From an uncultured Gammaproteobacteria bacterium (GTDB taxonomy: Bacteria; Patescibacteriota; Patescibacteriia; VMEV01; CAYQCH01): DNA of 64,000 nucleotides. The stretch covers positions 269,047 to 333,046 of the forward strand of contig CAZDCG010000002.1 of the NCBI GenBank assembly GCA_964503955.1, read 5' to 3'. Below are positions 37,697 to 48,500 of this stretch, piece after piece (position 1 is the first letter of the stretch; the number at the start of each line of letters is the position of its first letter). The notes beneath the pieces were generated by a model. It made no database searches, was not told where the DNA came from, and saw only the letters and a program-made list of their open reading frames with translations. The translations under genes were made by a program, and so were the position numbers.

Positions 37697-37729
37697 ATTA
37701 TAGCAAATGGGAACAACTATTTATGCACA
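37697..37729 (-). promoter_or_regulatory. Extended -10 promoter of giant gene A with a DnaA-box-like site over the -35 region
   Basis: Minus-strand TGCTATAAT (37697-37705). TTATGCACA (37721-37729) fits TTWTNCACA. Confidence 0.6.
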
Positions 37730-37765
37730 AATAGATGCGGTATAGACAAGATAGGCGTATCTGAA

Positions 37766-40700
37766 TCAGTCATTCATGCGTCTGAGCGCGAGATCTCCTT
37801 TGACTGTTTCACCTTCTTTTCGGATATCAATTTCGCTTTCCAGCAATGCACGCGACTCTTTTTCTTCAACCACTTCCGTTTGCGCGTATCCTTCCTTCTC
37901 TGCCTTTAACACGTATTTCCCCGGTTCAGGCGCGAACCGGAAACGTCCTTGATAATCGGATAGCCTTGATGCAACCACTTTGCCGAATGCCGGATCAATC
38001 AGCTGGAGATTGACCAGCGGCAAAGGCGCATTTGTAGCGATATCGTAGACGGTTCCCCAGGCTTTTTCAGACTTTTGACGTAATTTCAGCTGCAAGAGGA
38101 ACATCAACACATAAGCGGCTGACAGAATCCAATTAATTGGATTTTCGGGAACCGCTGCCACAACAACGACAGATGCAAGCGAACCGACAAAAAGCAATGG
38201 AAGCGCGAGGAAATGGCCGGCTTTTTGGAATGAAAGCCAGATTTTCTTGAACACGTTGGCCGTCTGCCACTTCTGTTCCATATTGACCGGATCCATAGGC
38301 AGATCTGGGACAATCAGCTCGGTTGTCTGGTCAGTGATTTCAATTCCTCCCTGGTACACATGGTCATATTTTCCGTCCTGCGTAATGCCTGACACAATCG
38401 ATGACGGGAAGGTATATTGCGGCTTTTTCACTTCGATGCGGTATGAACCAGGTTCTAAAAGCGCGTCATATTTACCTTGTTTATCCGTCACAAACGTGGA
38501 AACAAGACGTTCAGCATCATGTTCTTTCTTATAGAGGCGGATGATTGCTAAAGCCAAAGGATCCTTGGTAATCGCGTCATAAGCCACGCCGAAGAATCGC
38601 TGCTGACCTTTCTTCCTTCTTCCCACTAGACCGACAAGATACGTGATCGCGTGATAGAGCAAGGTTGGAAGATATGGGAGATAGCCCCATAAAGGAGCCG
38701 ACGAGATGACAACCACGGGAGCGGCAACTGTTAATGTTTGCTGGATTTCTTCTTCACGATCCTGAATGATCTCTTCAACCTTGTTTGTAACAGCGTTTAT
38801 GAACGCGGATAATTCATTTGGAGCCGCAATTGTCTCAAAATCCGCTTCAACGATTTGTTCATTCGCTCCACGTTCAACCGTGAAGCCACCAACACTCACC
38901 CGATCGCTAAGCAAATTCCCCTTAGACGCAATCACCTGAACAGAAACATTGACTCTTTCCCCTGGGAGCAGTCCAAGTTGCTCCGCGCTCACATAGGTTT
39001 GCCAGAATCCCTCGTCATCACTGACGACGATAACGGTAATATTACCATTGAAGATAAGGGTTACCGTGCTATTCGGCTGGCTGGTTGTTCCTGAAAATTC
39101 GATCTGGCCATTGCCAACGCGCGCGATGCCTGTCACCAGCAGAGCTTCTTGTTCCTCTTCTCCTTGCTCTCGTACCACTTCAAGGGTGAAGCTTTCGCCG
39201 TCGCTTGAAACCGTTGTTATTGTTTGAGGCTCTGGTGCTGCCGGTTCCTCTAAATCATCAACGGATATGCCGATCTCATCTTCGATGAGACGGTCCACAA
39301 CCTGACCCACTTGCCCAACCTCTTCCTGCGTTGGCGCAGGGACAGATTCCTGCTCAACAGGCTTCTCTTTGGCCGGTTCAGATATTTCTTCATCAAGAAC
39401 AGGCAATGCTTCAACATCCTCAGGTTGCTCCGTGGTTTCTTCTTCAATAGGCTCGTCAACAGGCTCTTCCTCAACGGGTTGCTCTTCCACTGGCTCATCA
39501 ATAGGTTCCTCTTCTGCAGGTTCTTCATCGTTTGACTCGTCTGCAGGCGACTGCTGATTTTGTTCATTCTGCTGCTGAATCTGCTGGCGCTGCTGCTGGC
39601 TTATCCCATCGCTTTGCGAAGGAGCAGGAGCTGGGGATCCCATTGTGAAACTGTCCGCTGATGTTGAGTATTCCCCTTCCGTGTCGTTGTCATCCCAGAA
39701 TTTGATCCGCACATAATAAGTTGAGCCGTCTTGCGCAAGGGCTGCTCCGCCAAAATTGATATTTTGGCTTCGATTGCCATCAACACAATCGGCCATTGAT
39801 TGCTTGCCGCTATCCCAGATGATGCTTGCAAATGTTGAATCGGTATCATCTACCTGGACACGATACGCATTCATAACATCGCCGATATCGGGGTCATTGC
39901 AGATCGCGCTAAAAACAGGATTTGTGCTTGTAATCCCCGTAGGATTGCTTGATCCCGATTGCGCGTCCGTATCATGGATGAAAATTTCCGTCGGTGCTGA
40001 AGGAGCGGAAAAATTCGCGGGTTCAGGGAGATCAAATGCAGCAACGAATCCGTCATTTCCTCCTCCCCCGGTACCAAATACAACCGCCCCCCCTTCGGTT
40101 TCCAGATCCGGTGAAGACGTATAAGCGGAGACATAGAATCGATCGTTAGAAAGATCCAGATACGCTCCGGCATCAGATTCACTTCCACTCCCCCCAAAAT
40201 ACGTTGCGTGCACGAGGTCGGAGAGCCCTCCCCCAACAGCATTGAATCTGCCAATAATCAGATCTTTTATTCCGCCGGCATGCGTCGTTGAAAATGCATC
40301 GCTCGTCACAGGGAAACTGTCACCTCCTGATCCCAAGAATGTGAGGAGACTGTGTTCGCTTAAATGAAGTTCACCGCACCATTCGCTTTTCGTCCCCCCA
40401 AGATAGGTTCCATAGATCAAATCTTCTTCTCCATTTCCATTAAGCGACATGCGGTAAAAAAACATATCTCCATTTCCGCCGGCATTGATCTTGCTATACG
40501 CATTATTCGTTGTAGGCAGATCAGTCGAATGTGATGTTCCACAGACATAGACTTCCTGCGTTTGCTGATTTACTGCTGCGCTGAAAGCTGAATCATAATC
40601 ATCCGTTCCGCCAATGAAGGTGCCATAAGCAAGAGAAGTAACCGAGGTGCCAGACGGGTCGATTTTGAGCAGAAATCCATCGCCGTTCACATTATCAAGA

Positions 40701-43700
40701 TCAGCATCAAATGCGCCGGCAGTGACTGCGGGGAAATCTGAAGAATATGTTTCTCCTACCACATACACATAATCGCTGTCAGCCGTAATCCCCCACGTAT
40801 CATCAACGTCGCTCCCTCCCGCATAACTTGAATAAACAAGTGAAGAAGCTCCGCTGACTGTTGTATCGATGAGGGCAATAAAAACATCACCATTGATTTC
40901 ATCTTCTGTTGTGTCAAAGGCATTTGCGGTGAGCGGAAAATCAGTTGAATACGTGGATCCGGAGACAGCAACAAGGCCGTCGGATGCATGCATGGATTTC
41001 CAAAACATGAATTCAGACCCGGAGCCGCCAAGGTAGGTTGCAAAGAGCACCGTATCCAGATCTTCATTCAGCTTAGCAACATAAGCATCACCTAAAGGGT
41101 CGGGAGTCATATCATGGCCCGCTATGTCTGGAATATGGGTTGAGACAAAGAAATCAGTAGAAGAACTGATCCCAGCGATATAGACATTCCCATTCTCATC
41201 AACACGCCCCGCGCTTGCACCATCATTACCGTCACCCCCAAAATACGTGGAAACGAGTATCCCAGTCCCCTGTTCGTTGAGTTTAAAAACGACGATATCA
41301 TTCGTACCGGCCAATGCAGGCTGCATCGCGCTAGCAACAGGAAAATCGGCAGATGAACTGGATCCGATGGCGATAATATTTCCTTGCGTGTCAACCCCCA
41401 CTCCCGCCAGCTGATCTCCATCACTGCCTCCAAGCTGTGTGGCTACGGGAAGAGAGGCTGCCGGAGAAAATGAACCAAAAGCAAGCTTCATGGCAAAGGT
41501 ATCGAAGTTTGTTGTATTGTTCTGAGTTTCATCATAAGCACCAGCTGTTGTTTGATAGCCGGCGGAACTGGTTTGGCCTCCGATATAGATGTCACCATTG
41601 CCATCAATGGCCATATCCCAAGCGCTTGTTGAACCGGATCCTCCAAAATATGAGGAAAAGAGCAGATCTGAGCTTCCATTCCCACCAGGGTCCAGCTTCA
41701 CGATGACACCGTTGCTGCTCGTTTCAAATGTGGAATCAAACGCGTCCGGAGTCACAGGAAAGTTCGAAGATGTTCCGCTCGAGGTTCTTCCGGTTACGTA
41801 GATACTTCCGCTGCTATCAACGGCAACAGCCTCTGCATTGTCATTGGAGGCAGAGCTGCTTATATATGTTGAATAAACAAGGTCATTTGTTCCATTCCCT
41901 CCCGGATTCAGCCTTGCAATAACCCAATCCTCACCGCTTTCGTATGATTCGTCATACGCGCCAGCGGTCACAGGAAAGTTATTGGATTGCGTGGATCCCG
42001 CAAGGTATATGTCTCCGTTCGATCCGTGAAAAACACCACCAGCAGTGTCCCTTGCCGTACCTCCAAGAAATGTCGAATAGATCAGATCAGTCGCGCCTGA
42101 TCCTGCAGGATTGATAATTGTGACAAATAGATCAAAATTTCCGTTATGCGACGTATCAAAGGCATTTACCGATGTAGGAAAATCCACGGAACTCGTCTCG
42201 CCGAATAAAATTGCCCGGCCGCTGCCGTCTATTGCCACGTCAGCGATAAATTCATAGTCGCTGTCCGGCCCGAGAAATGTGGAATACGCCAAAGATGCAG
42301 CACCGCTCTGAGATGTATCGATTAAGGACAAAAACGCGTCCCAATTGGAATTATCACCTGTTTCGTCGTAGGCATTTGCGGTGACCGGAAATTCAAGGCT
42401 CCCTACTTCACCGACAAGATAGGCTACCCCTGCATCCGTGACATCCATGGAATAGGCATATTCCCAGTCGCTATTGCCACCAAGCACGGTTGAATAGATG
42501 AATGCAGCCCCGGACGGAGATAAGACGCTCAGAACCGCGTCACCGGAAAAATCAGGGGTGGAGGCTTGAAACTCATTAAGAACAGGATAATCCGTATCGC
42601 AGGTGCCTCCCGTAACATATGCATTGCCCGCAGCATCAACCTTTCCTTTTGTCAGATAGGTAGCACAATCCGTTCCTCCAATATAGGTCGCATAAACCAA
42701 ATCAGATACTCCATTCCCCTCCGGTGAGAGCTTTGCCACAAACCCGACTGATCCGCTCGGAGGAATCGTGTCTTGCGCTGAACCAGGCGTTGCAGGAAAG
42801 TCATCACTGTCCGTTTCCCCGAATAGGTAAATATTGCCGTTTGAGTCAACGTCAATACCGTAGGCAAAGTCAGATCCGTTGGCACCGCCAAGAACCGTGC
42901 TGTATTCAAGCAATGACGGTACGGACACCGTAAAGCTGCCCATGAATGAAAAGTCGCCATTATTACTTTCAAATTCACCATCGGATGTTCTCACACACCA
43001 ATAATACGTTGTTCCATCCGAAAGACCTGAAGCAATAAAAGATGCATTTTGGTTACTCGATACCGTAGAGCTGCTGCCGCTTGCCACAACACCGGCCCCA
43101 TCAGAGAGACAATCCGCTTCCCCGGTGGAACTAATGCGAAAATCGACAACAAGCTCTGATCCGGCATCGTCATCTAAAGCCTTCGCAACCAATTGAATCG
43201 ATGTATTGGTAACCGTTGTCCCATCCGTTGGAGACACAACGGTTGATTCGCGAGGCGCGCCGTTTCGTGTGGTCATGGCAAAGACGAGTCCATCATATAC
43301 TCCACCGAGGAAATTCGGACGCACCGAGCCATTTGTGCCCATCCCGACGGAATTAACACGTCCTGCGCCATAGATTGTCTGTGTTGTGTCATCCACCACG
43401 ATGGCTCGTCCTTGATCGGCACCCGCACCACCAAAGAGCCGATGATAACTTGAATAGAGCAAGGTGTCGCCCGCCGGGTTGACCTTGACGACGACAAAAT
43501 CTCCCTCAGCATTTTCAACGGTATTTGGGGTCGGCTGCGCAGCATTTGCCGTTACAGGGAATCGTTGCGCGTGAAGGTTTGATTGACCGATCGCGTAAAC
43601 ATTTCCCGCGGAATCAGCATCAACTCCATAAAACCAATCGCTGGCTCCGCCGCCAAACAGACTTGACCAGACAAGTGAATTTTCTCCTGTCGTTGTTGTA

Positions 43701-45478
43701 TTGAATTTCGCAATAAACGCGTCTCTCCCCCCATGAACGCCCGCAGCCGAGTACGCATCCGGAAAGTTTCCACTCAGAGGATTTTTTGTAGGAAAGCCGG
43801 TCACTGCCGTTCCTGCAAGGTACACATGTCCGGCATTCAAAGGGTCTGGCACAACACCGTATGCTATCTCAGCACCTTCCTCAGTGCCTAGATAACTAAT
43901 GTACTGAATAACTCCAGTGGAATTTGTTTTTATCAGGAGAGCATAACCAGATATCCCGATTGCTGCCGTTTGGTATCCGTTTTCAGGGAATACATCCGTC
44001 ACATTCGCAGTGGTCGTTCCTACGACATAGATATTTCCGCTATCGTCCACCTCAACATCGTATGGCACTCCGCTGATAAACTGCCTCGCGAATATTCTCC
44101 CGGTACCGGTTGAATTGATTTTGACGATGGATACGCCAAACCCCTCCTCTCCGGTTGTATGCCAGTCTTCATCCCACGAATCATCCTCCGCCAGAATTGC
44201 ATTTCCTACAGAGTCAATCGCCAATGCGTCTGCTGATCCATGAGTATAGGTTGAAAAAATAAGCGCATCGCCGTCAGCATCAAGACGTGTTAAAAATCCA
44301 TTGCTGTTAAAATCTTCTCCGATGACTCCAGGCGTCATTGGAAACGAGTCGCTTGTGGTTGTTCCTGAAATATACACGGATCCATCTGAATGAACCGCAA
44401 TTCCTGTTGCATCTTCCGCTTTGGTTGTACCTAAATACGTTGCGTAGACAAATGATGTTCCAGTGGAATTCAACTTCAAGACGAAGACATCATGATCTCC
44501 CGCGAAATTTTCCTGATAATGCCCGCTTGTCGGCGTAAGATTAGTTGAAGTCGTTTTTCCTACAACATAGAGATCTCCTGATGTATCGCGCACCATGTCA
44601 ATAATCTCGTCGTCAATATTTCCCCCAACATAGGTAGACCAGGCCACATAAGGATCGATGATCAACTCATACGATGCATCATATTCACCCAATGCGAATC
44701 CATACGAACTGTCGTCAATGATTTGATAAGAAGATTCCACCGGTTTCTTTTCTCCGTTAATCAATTGATACGTTTCCGGAGGTTTGATTCCCAGATTTCC
44801 CTGCGCCGTTTGCAGCACCAATGTTCCATCAGGATTGAGAGAAATTTTGTCGACTCCTTCAATCAATAGTTGAATTTGCGAAGGATCCGCATAAGGAGAT
44901 ACAAGATATTCGTATTTCAGCTGAGATGATTTCCCACTGTAAACAAGATCAATGCCGTCATAAAGATTCTCATAACGAATTTTTCCGAAGGTCGAAGCAC
45001 CCTGCACCCATTTATCCGGATCATTGCCAATGAAATAATTAACCTTGCCCTCTTGCTCTTCTTCTCCAGCAATCGTCACTGCACCATTGGCATTCATGAA
45101 TTTCTGGCGAATAACCGTAGTTGATACAGTATCCTCAGTTTCCCTGCTTTCTCTTTTTTTCGCAGCCCGCTCGCGCGGAGAAAGAATTTGCGAATCCTCA
45201 GAAGCTGACCGCTCGGTAATGCTGAACACAACCTCCTCAGGCGTGAAAAAAATAGATGTACCGCCGTTTCGGACGAGATATTTCACAACCTCGTCCACTT
45301 GACCGCGGTTTTCCTGAAAACTAAGTGCCAGCCCGTTCAAAAGCTGTTTGACCTGTTCCTCTGAGACAGGAGTCTCTTCGGGTGTAAACAATGATTCATT
45401 TTTATAAAGATACGCAACGGCAAATACAAAAACGATTAGAGCAAACGCTCCAATGATCCATTTGATATGTTTGTTCAT
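37766..45478 (-). CDS. Giant surface protein B (2570 aa): SBBP-associated N-terminal domain, 3 SBBP propellers, Cys-pair spacers, acidic linker, conserved C-terminal membrane module
   Basis: N-terminal TM helix, FQENRGQVD...NYFIGNDPDKW...YENLYDGIDL...LIIDP domain that typically precedes SBBP repeats, many YSTYLGG repeats. Confidence 0.9.
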   Translation of the reverse strand: MNKHIKWIIGAFALIVFVFAVAYLYKNESLFTPEETPVSEEQVKQLLNGLALSFQENRGQVDEVVKYLVRNGGTSIFFTPEEVVFSITERSASEDSQILSPRERAAKKRESRETEDTVSTTVIRQKFMNANGAVTIAGEEEQEGKVNYFIGNDPDKWVQGASTFGKIRYENLYDGIDLVYSGKSSQLKYEYLVSPYADPSQIQLLIEGVDKISLNPDGTLVLQTAQGNLGIKPPETYQLINGEKKPVESSYQIIDDSSYGFALGEYDASYELIIDPYVAWSTYVGGNIDDEIIDMVRDTSGDLYVVGKTTSTNLTPTSGHYQENFAGDHDVFVLKLNSTGTSFVYATYLGTTKAEDATGIAVHSDGSVYISGTTTSDSFPMTPGVIGEDFNSNGFLTRLDADGDALIFSTYTHGSADALAIDSVGNAILAEDDSWDEDWHTTGEEGFGVSIVKINSTGTGRIFARQFISGVPYDVEVDDSGNIYVVGTTTANVTDVFPENGYQTAAIGISGYALLIKTNSTGVIQYISYLGTEEGAEIAYGVVPDPLNAGHVYLAGTAVTGFPTKNPLSGNFPDAYSAAGVHGGRDAFIAKFNTTTTGENSLVWSSLFGGGASDWFYGVDADSAGNVYAIGQSNLHAQRFPVTANAAQPTPNTVENAEGDFVVVKVNPAGDTLLYSSYHRLFGGAGADQGRAIVVDDTTQTIYGAGRVNSVGMGTNGSVRPNFLGGVYDGLVFAMTTRNGAPRESTVVSPTDGTTVTNTSIQLVAKALDDDAGSELVVDFRISSTGEADCLSDGAGVVASGSSSTVSSNQNASFIASGLSDGTTYYWCVRTSDGEFESNNGDFSFMGSFTVSVPSLLEYSTVLGGANGSDFAYGIDVDSNGNIYLFGETDSDDFPATPGSAQDTIPPSGSVGFVAKLSPEGNGVSDLVYATYIGGTDCATYLTKGKVDAAGNAYVTGGTCDTDYPVLNEFQASTPDFSGDAVLSVLSPSGAAFIYSTVLGGNSDWEYAYSMDVTDAGVAYLVGEVGSLEFPVTANAYDETGDNSNWDAFLSLIDTSQSGAASLAYSTFLGPDSDYEFIADVAIDGSGRAILFGETSSVDFPTSVNAFDTSHNGNFDLFVTIINPAGSGATDLIYSTFLGGTARDTAGGVFHGSNGDIYLAGSTQSNNFPVTAGAYDESYESGEDWVIARLNPGGNGTNDLVYSTYISSSASNDNAEAVAVDSSGSIYVTGRTSSGTSSNFPVTPDAFDSTFETSSNGVIVKLDPGGNGSSDLLFSSYFGGSGSTSAWDMAIDGNGDIYIGGQTSSAGYQTTAGAYDETQNNTTNFDTFAMKLAFGSFSPAASLPVATQLGGSDGDQLAGVGVDTQGNIIAIGSSSSADFPVASAMQPALAGTNDIVVFKLNEQGTGILVSTYFGGDGNDGASAGRVDENGNVYIAGISSSTDFFVSTHIPDIAGHDMTPDPLGDAYVAKLNEDLDTVLFATYLGGSGSEFMFWKSMHASDGLVAVSGSTYSTDFPLTANAFDTTEDEINGDVFIALIDTTVSGASSLVYSSYAGGSDVDDTWGITADSDYVYVVGETYSSDFPAVTAGAFDADLDNVNGDGFLLKIDPSGTSVTSLAYGTFIGGTDDYDSAFSAAVNQQTQEVYVCGTSHSTDLPTTNNAYSKINAGGNGDMFFYRMSLNGNGEEDLIYGTYLGGTKSEWCGELHLSEHSLLTFLGSGGDSFPVTSDAFSTTHAGGIKDLIIGRFNAVGGGLSDLVHATYFGGSGSESDAGAYLDLSNDRFYVSAYTSSPDLETEGGAVVFGTGGGGNDGFVAAFDLPEPANFSAPSAPTEIFIHDTDAQSGSSNPTGITSTNPVFSAICNDPDIGDVMNAYRVQVDDTDSTFASIIWDSGKQSMADCVDGNRSQNINFGGAALAQDGSTYYVRIKFWDDNDTEGEYSTSADSFTMGSPAPAPSQSDGISQQQRQQIQQQNEQNQQSPADESNDEEPAEEEPIDEPVEEQPVEEEPVDEPIEEETTEQPEDVEALPVLDEEISEPAKEKPVEQESVPAPTQEEVGQVGQVVDRLIEDEIGISVDDLEEPAAPEPQTITTVSSDGESFTLEVVREQGEEEQEALLVTGIARVGNGQIEFSGTTSQPNSTVTLIFNGNITVIVVSDDEGFWQTYVSAEQLGLLPGERVNVSVQVIASKGNLLSDRVSVGGFTVERGANEQIVEADFETIAAPNELSAFINAVTNKVEEIIQDREEEIQQTLTVAAPVVVISSAPLWGYLPYLPTLLYHAITYLVGLVGRRKKGQQRFFGVAYDAITKDPLALAIIRLYKKEHDAERLVSTFVTDKQGKYDALLEPGSYRIEVKKPQYTFPSSIVSGITQDGKYDHVYQGGIEITDQTTELIVPDLPMDPVNMEQKWQTANVFKKIWLSFQKAGHFLALPLLFVGSLASVVVVAAVPENPINWILSAAYVLMFLLQLKLRQKSEKAWGTVYDIATNAPLPLVNLQLIDPAFGKVVASRLSDYQGRFRFAPEPGKYVLKAEKEGYAQTEVVEEKESRALLESEIDIRKEGETVKGDLALRRMND
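38558..39916. repeat. ~1.35 kb near-identical direct repeat, copy 1 (within gene B)
   Basis: Matches 46326-47666. By eye about 8 substitutions and one 18-bp indel. Shadow ORFs 38855..39094 and 46623..46862 are identical. Confidence 0.95.
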
Positions 45479-45504
45479 AGATATCCTGTCAACATCATGC
45501 GTTC

Positions 45505-45532
45505 ATTGTAACAGACAGAGACCAGAGATCAA
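45505..45532 (-). promoter_or_regulatory. Putative promoter of giant gene B
   Basis: The minus strand reads TTGATC, 16 bp ending in TGn, TACAAT. Confidence 0.5.
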
Positions 45533-45539
45533 CACGTGA

Positions 45540-48500
45540 TCAAAAGAGTCGCATCGGAATATCACCGCTGATTGTCTGGTTCTCCTTTTCAATCACCAGC
45601 TCGCCGGAAATCATACGGTGGTTTTTCGCGCCTTCAACCACTTCCGCCTGCGCATAGCCATCCTTTTCCGCTCTCACGACATACTTCCCAGGCTCAGGCG
45701 TGAATCGGAAACGTCCTTGATAATCAGAAAGACGGGAGGCAACAACTTTGCCAAAGGCAGGATCAATCAACTGGAGGTTCACAAGCGGCAAAGGCGCGTT
45801 TGTTGCAATATCGTAAACAATTCCCCACGCTTTTTGCGGTTTTTGACGCAATTTTAACTGCAGCAGGAACATCAACACGTAAGCGACGGACAAAATCCAG
45901 TTGATTGGATTCTCAGGAACTGCCGCCACGACAACAACGGAGACAAGCGACCCGGCAAAAAGCAGCGGCAAAGCCAGGAAATTGCCGGCTTTCTGCAATG
46001 AGAGCCAAAGTTTCTTGAAGATATTCGCTGTTTCCCACTTCAGTTCTGCGTTGACGGGGTCCAGCGGCAAGTCAGGGACAACCAGTTCAGTTGTCTGATC
46101 GGTGATCTCAATTCCCCCTTGGTACACATGGTCGTAAGCACCATCTTCCGAGGTCTCTGAAACGATGGATGATGGGAAGGAGTACTGGGGTTTCTTCACG
46201 TCAATGCGATACGAGCCTGGTTCAAGCAGAAAGTCGTACTTCCCTTGTTTGTCGGTAACGAAAGTAGAAACCAGGCGTTCAGACGCATTTTCTTTTTTAT
46301 AAAGACGGACGATCGCAAGAGCTAGAGGATCCTTGGTAATCGCGTCATAAGCCACGCCGAAGAATCGCTGCTGACCTTTCTTCCTTCTTCCCACTAGACC
46401 GACAAGATACGTGATCGCGTGATAGAGCAAGGTTGGAAGATATGGGAGATAGCCCCATAAAGGAGCCGACGAGATGACAACCACGGGAGCGGCAACTGTT
46501 AATGTTTGCTGGATTTCTTCTTCACGATCCTGAATGATCTCTTCAACCTTGTTTGTAACAGCGTTTATGAACGCGGATAATTCATTTGGAGCCGCAATTG
46601 TCTCAAAATCCGCTTCAACGATTTGTTCATTCGCTCCACGTTCAACCGTGAAGCCACCAACACTCACCCGATCGCTAAGCAAATTCCCCTTAGACGCAAT
46701 CACCTGAACAGAAACATTGACTCTTTCCCCTGGGAGCAGTCCAAGTTGCTCCGCGCTCACATAGGTTTGCCAGAATCCCTCGTCATCACTGACGACGATA
46801 ACGGTAATATTACCATTGAAGATAAGGGTTACCGTGCTATTCGGCTGGCTGGTTGTTCCTGAAAATTCGATCTGGCCATTGCCAACGCGCGCGATGCCTG
46901 TCACCAGCAGAGCTTCTTGTTCCTCTTCTCCTTGCTCTCGTACCACTTCAAGGGTGAAGCTTTCGCCGTCGCTTGAAACCGTTGTTATTGTTTGAGGCTC
47001 TGGTGCTGCCGGTTCCTCTAAATCATCAACGGATATGCCGATCTCATCTTCGATGAGACGGTCCACAACCTGACCCACTTGCCCAACCTCTTCCTGCGTT
47101 GGCGCAGGGACAGATTCCTGCTCAACAGGCTTCTCTTTGGCCGGTTCAGATATTTCTTCATCAAGAACAGGCAATGCTTCAACATCCTCAGGTTCCTCCA
47201 TGGTTTCTTCTTCAATAGGCTCGTCAACAGGCTCTTCCACTGGCTCATCAATAGGTTCCTCTTCTGCAGGTTCTTCATCGTTTGACTCGTCTGCAGGCGA
47301 CTGCTGATTTTGTTCATTCTGCTGCTGAATCTGCTGGCGCTGCTGCTGGCTTATCCCATCGCTTTGCGAAGGAGCAGGAGCTGGGGATCCCATTGTGAAA
47401 CTGTCCGCTGATGTTGAGTATTCCCCTTCCGTGTCGTTGTCATCCCAGAATTTGATCCGCACATAATAAGTTGAGCCGTCTTGCGCGAGGGCTGCTCCGC
47501 CAAAATTGATATTTTGGCTTCGATTGCCATCAACACAGTCGGCCATTGATTGCTTGCCGCTATCCCAGAGGATGCTTGCAAATGTTGAATCGGTATCATC
47601 GACCTGGACACGATACGCATTCATCACATCGCCGATATCGGGGTCATTGCAGATCGCGCTGAAAACCGGGGTTCCGGCTGTAAGGTCTATTGGATTTGAT
47701 AAGCCAGCCTGAGCATTTGTATTGTTGGCAAACAGGTTGGTCGGAGCTGTCGGCGCGGAGTTGGTGGCGCCAGCGCCTGCAAAATCGATACGCATGATCA
47801 ATCCCTTATCGAAACTTCCGTCAACCGTGGTCTGAAACGGAGTACCTGTCGCGGAGAATGCTTCTAAAGAATACGCCTGCATGTACCCGCCCAGATAGAC
47901 GATATCTCCTTGAACATCAACCCCCCGGAAATGCTCATCAGTACCATCCACGCCAAAAATTGAAGCGTAAATAAGATCATTAACACCGTTTCCTCCGGGA
48001 TTCAGGCGCAGGAGGTACGCATCTTGGCTAAAAAACACCTCGTTTCCATAGGTTGTCGCAGGCGTGACAAGAGGGTTGTTATCGCTGGTTGATCCGACCA
48101 GGTAGACATCTGTACCGTCGAAAGCGATGTTATTAAAGCTCTGACTGATGAAAGTCGAATATTCTAAGGCCCCTGTACCAGCAACGGCGGTGTCAAATTT
48201 AATCAGATAACCTTCACTGAACCCAGTGAAACTTGTGTCGTAAGCACCCACGGTTGTGGGGAAACCCGAACCGCCCGTATTGCCAACCACATATATCTCA
48301 CCCGTTGTTCGATCAAATGCCGCGCCGGTTACGCTTTCGCTGCTTGTTGTGCCCAGGAATGACAGGTATTGCATGTCTGTTGATCCTCCACCTGCCGGGT
48401 CAAGGCGCCCAAAAACGGTATCCAAGCTACCGTTGTGCGTTGAATCATATCCTCCAGGTAATGACGGAAAGTTGGATGAGAATGCGTCGAGGGTGAAATA

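Noticed and set aside
38558-47666. B/C repeat as a diversity-generating retroelement TR/VR pair
   Set aside because: The differences are not adenine-specific on the coding strand, the repeat is much longer than a TR, both copies are in-frame coding, and there is no reverse transcriptase in the window.
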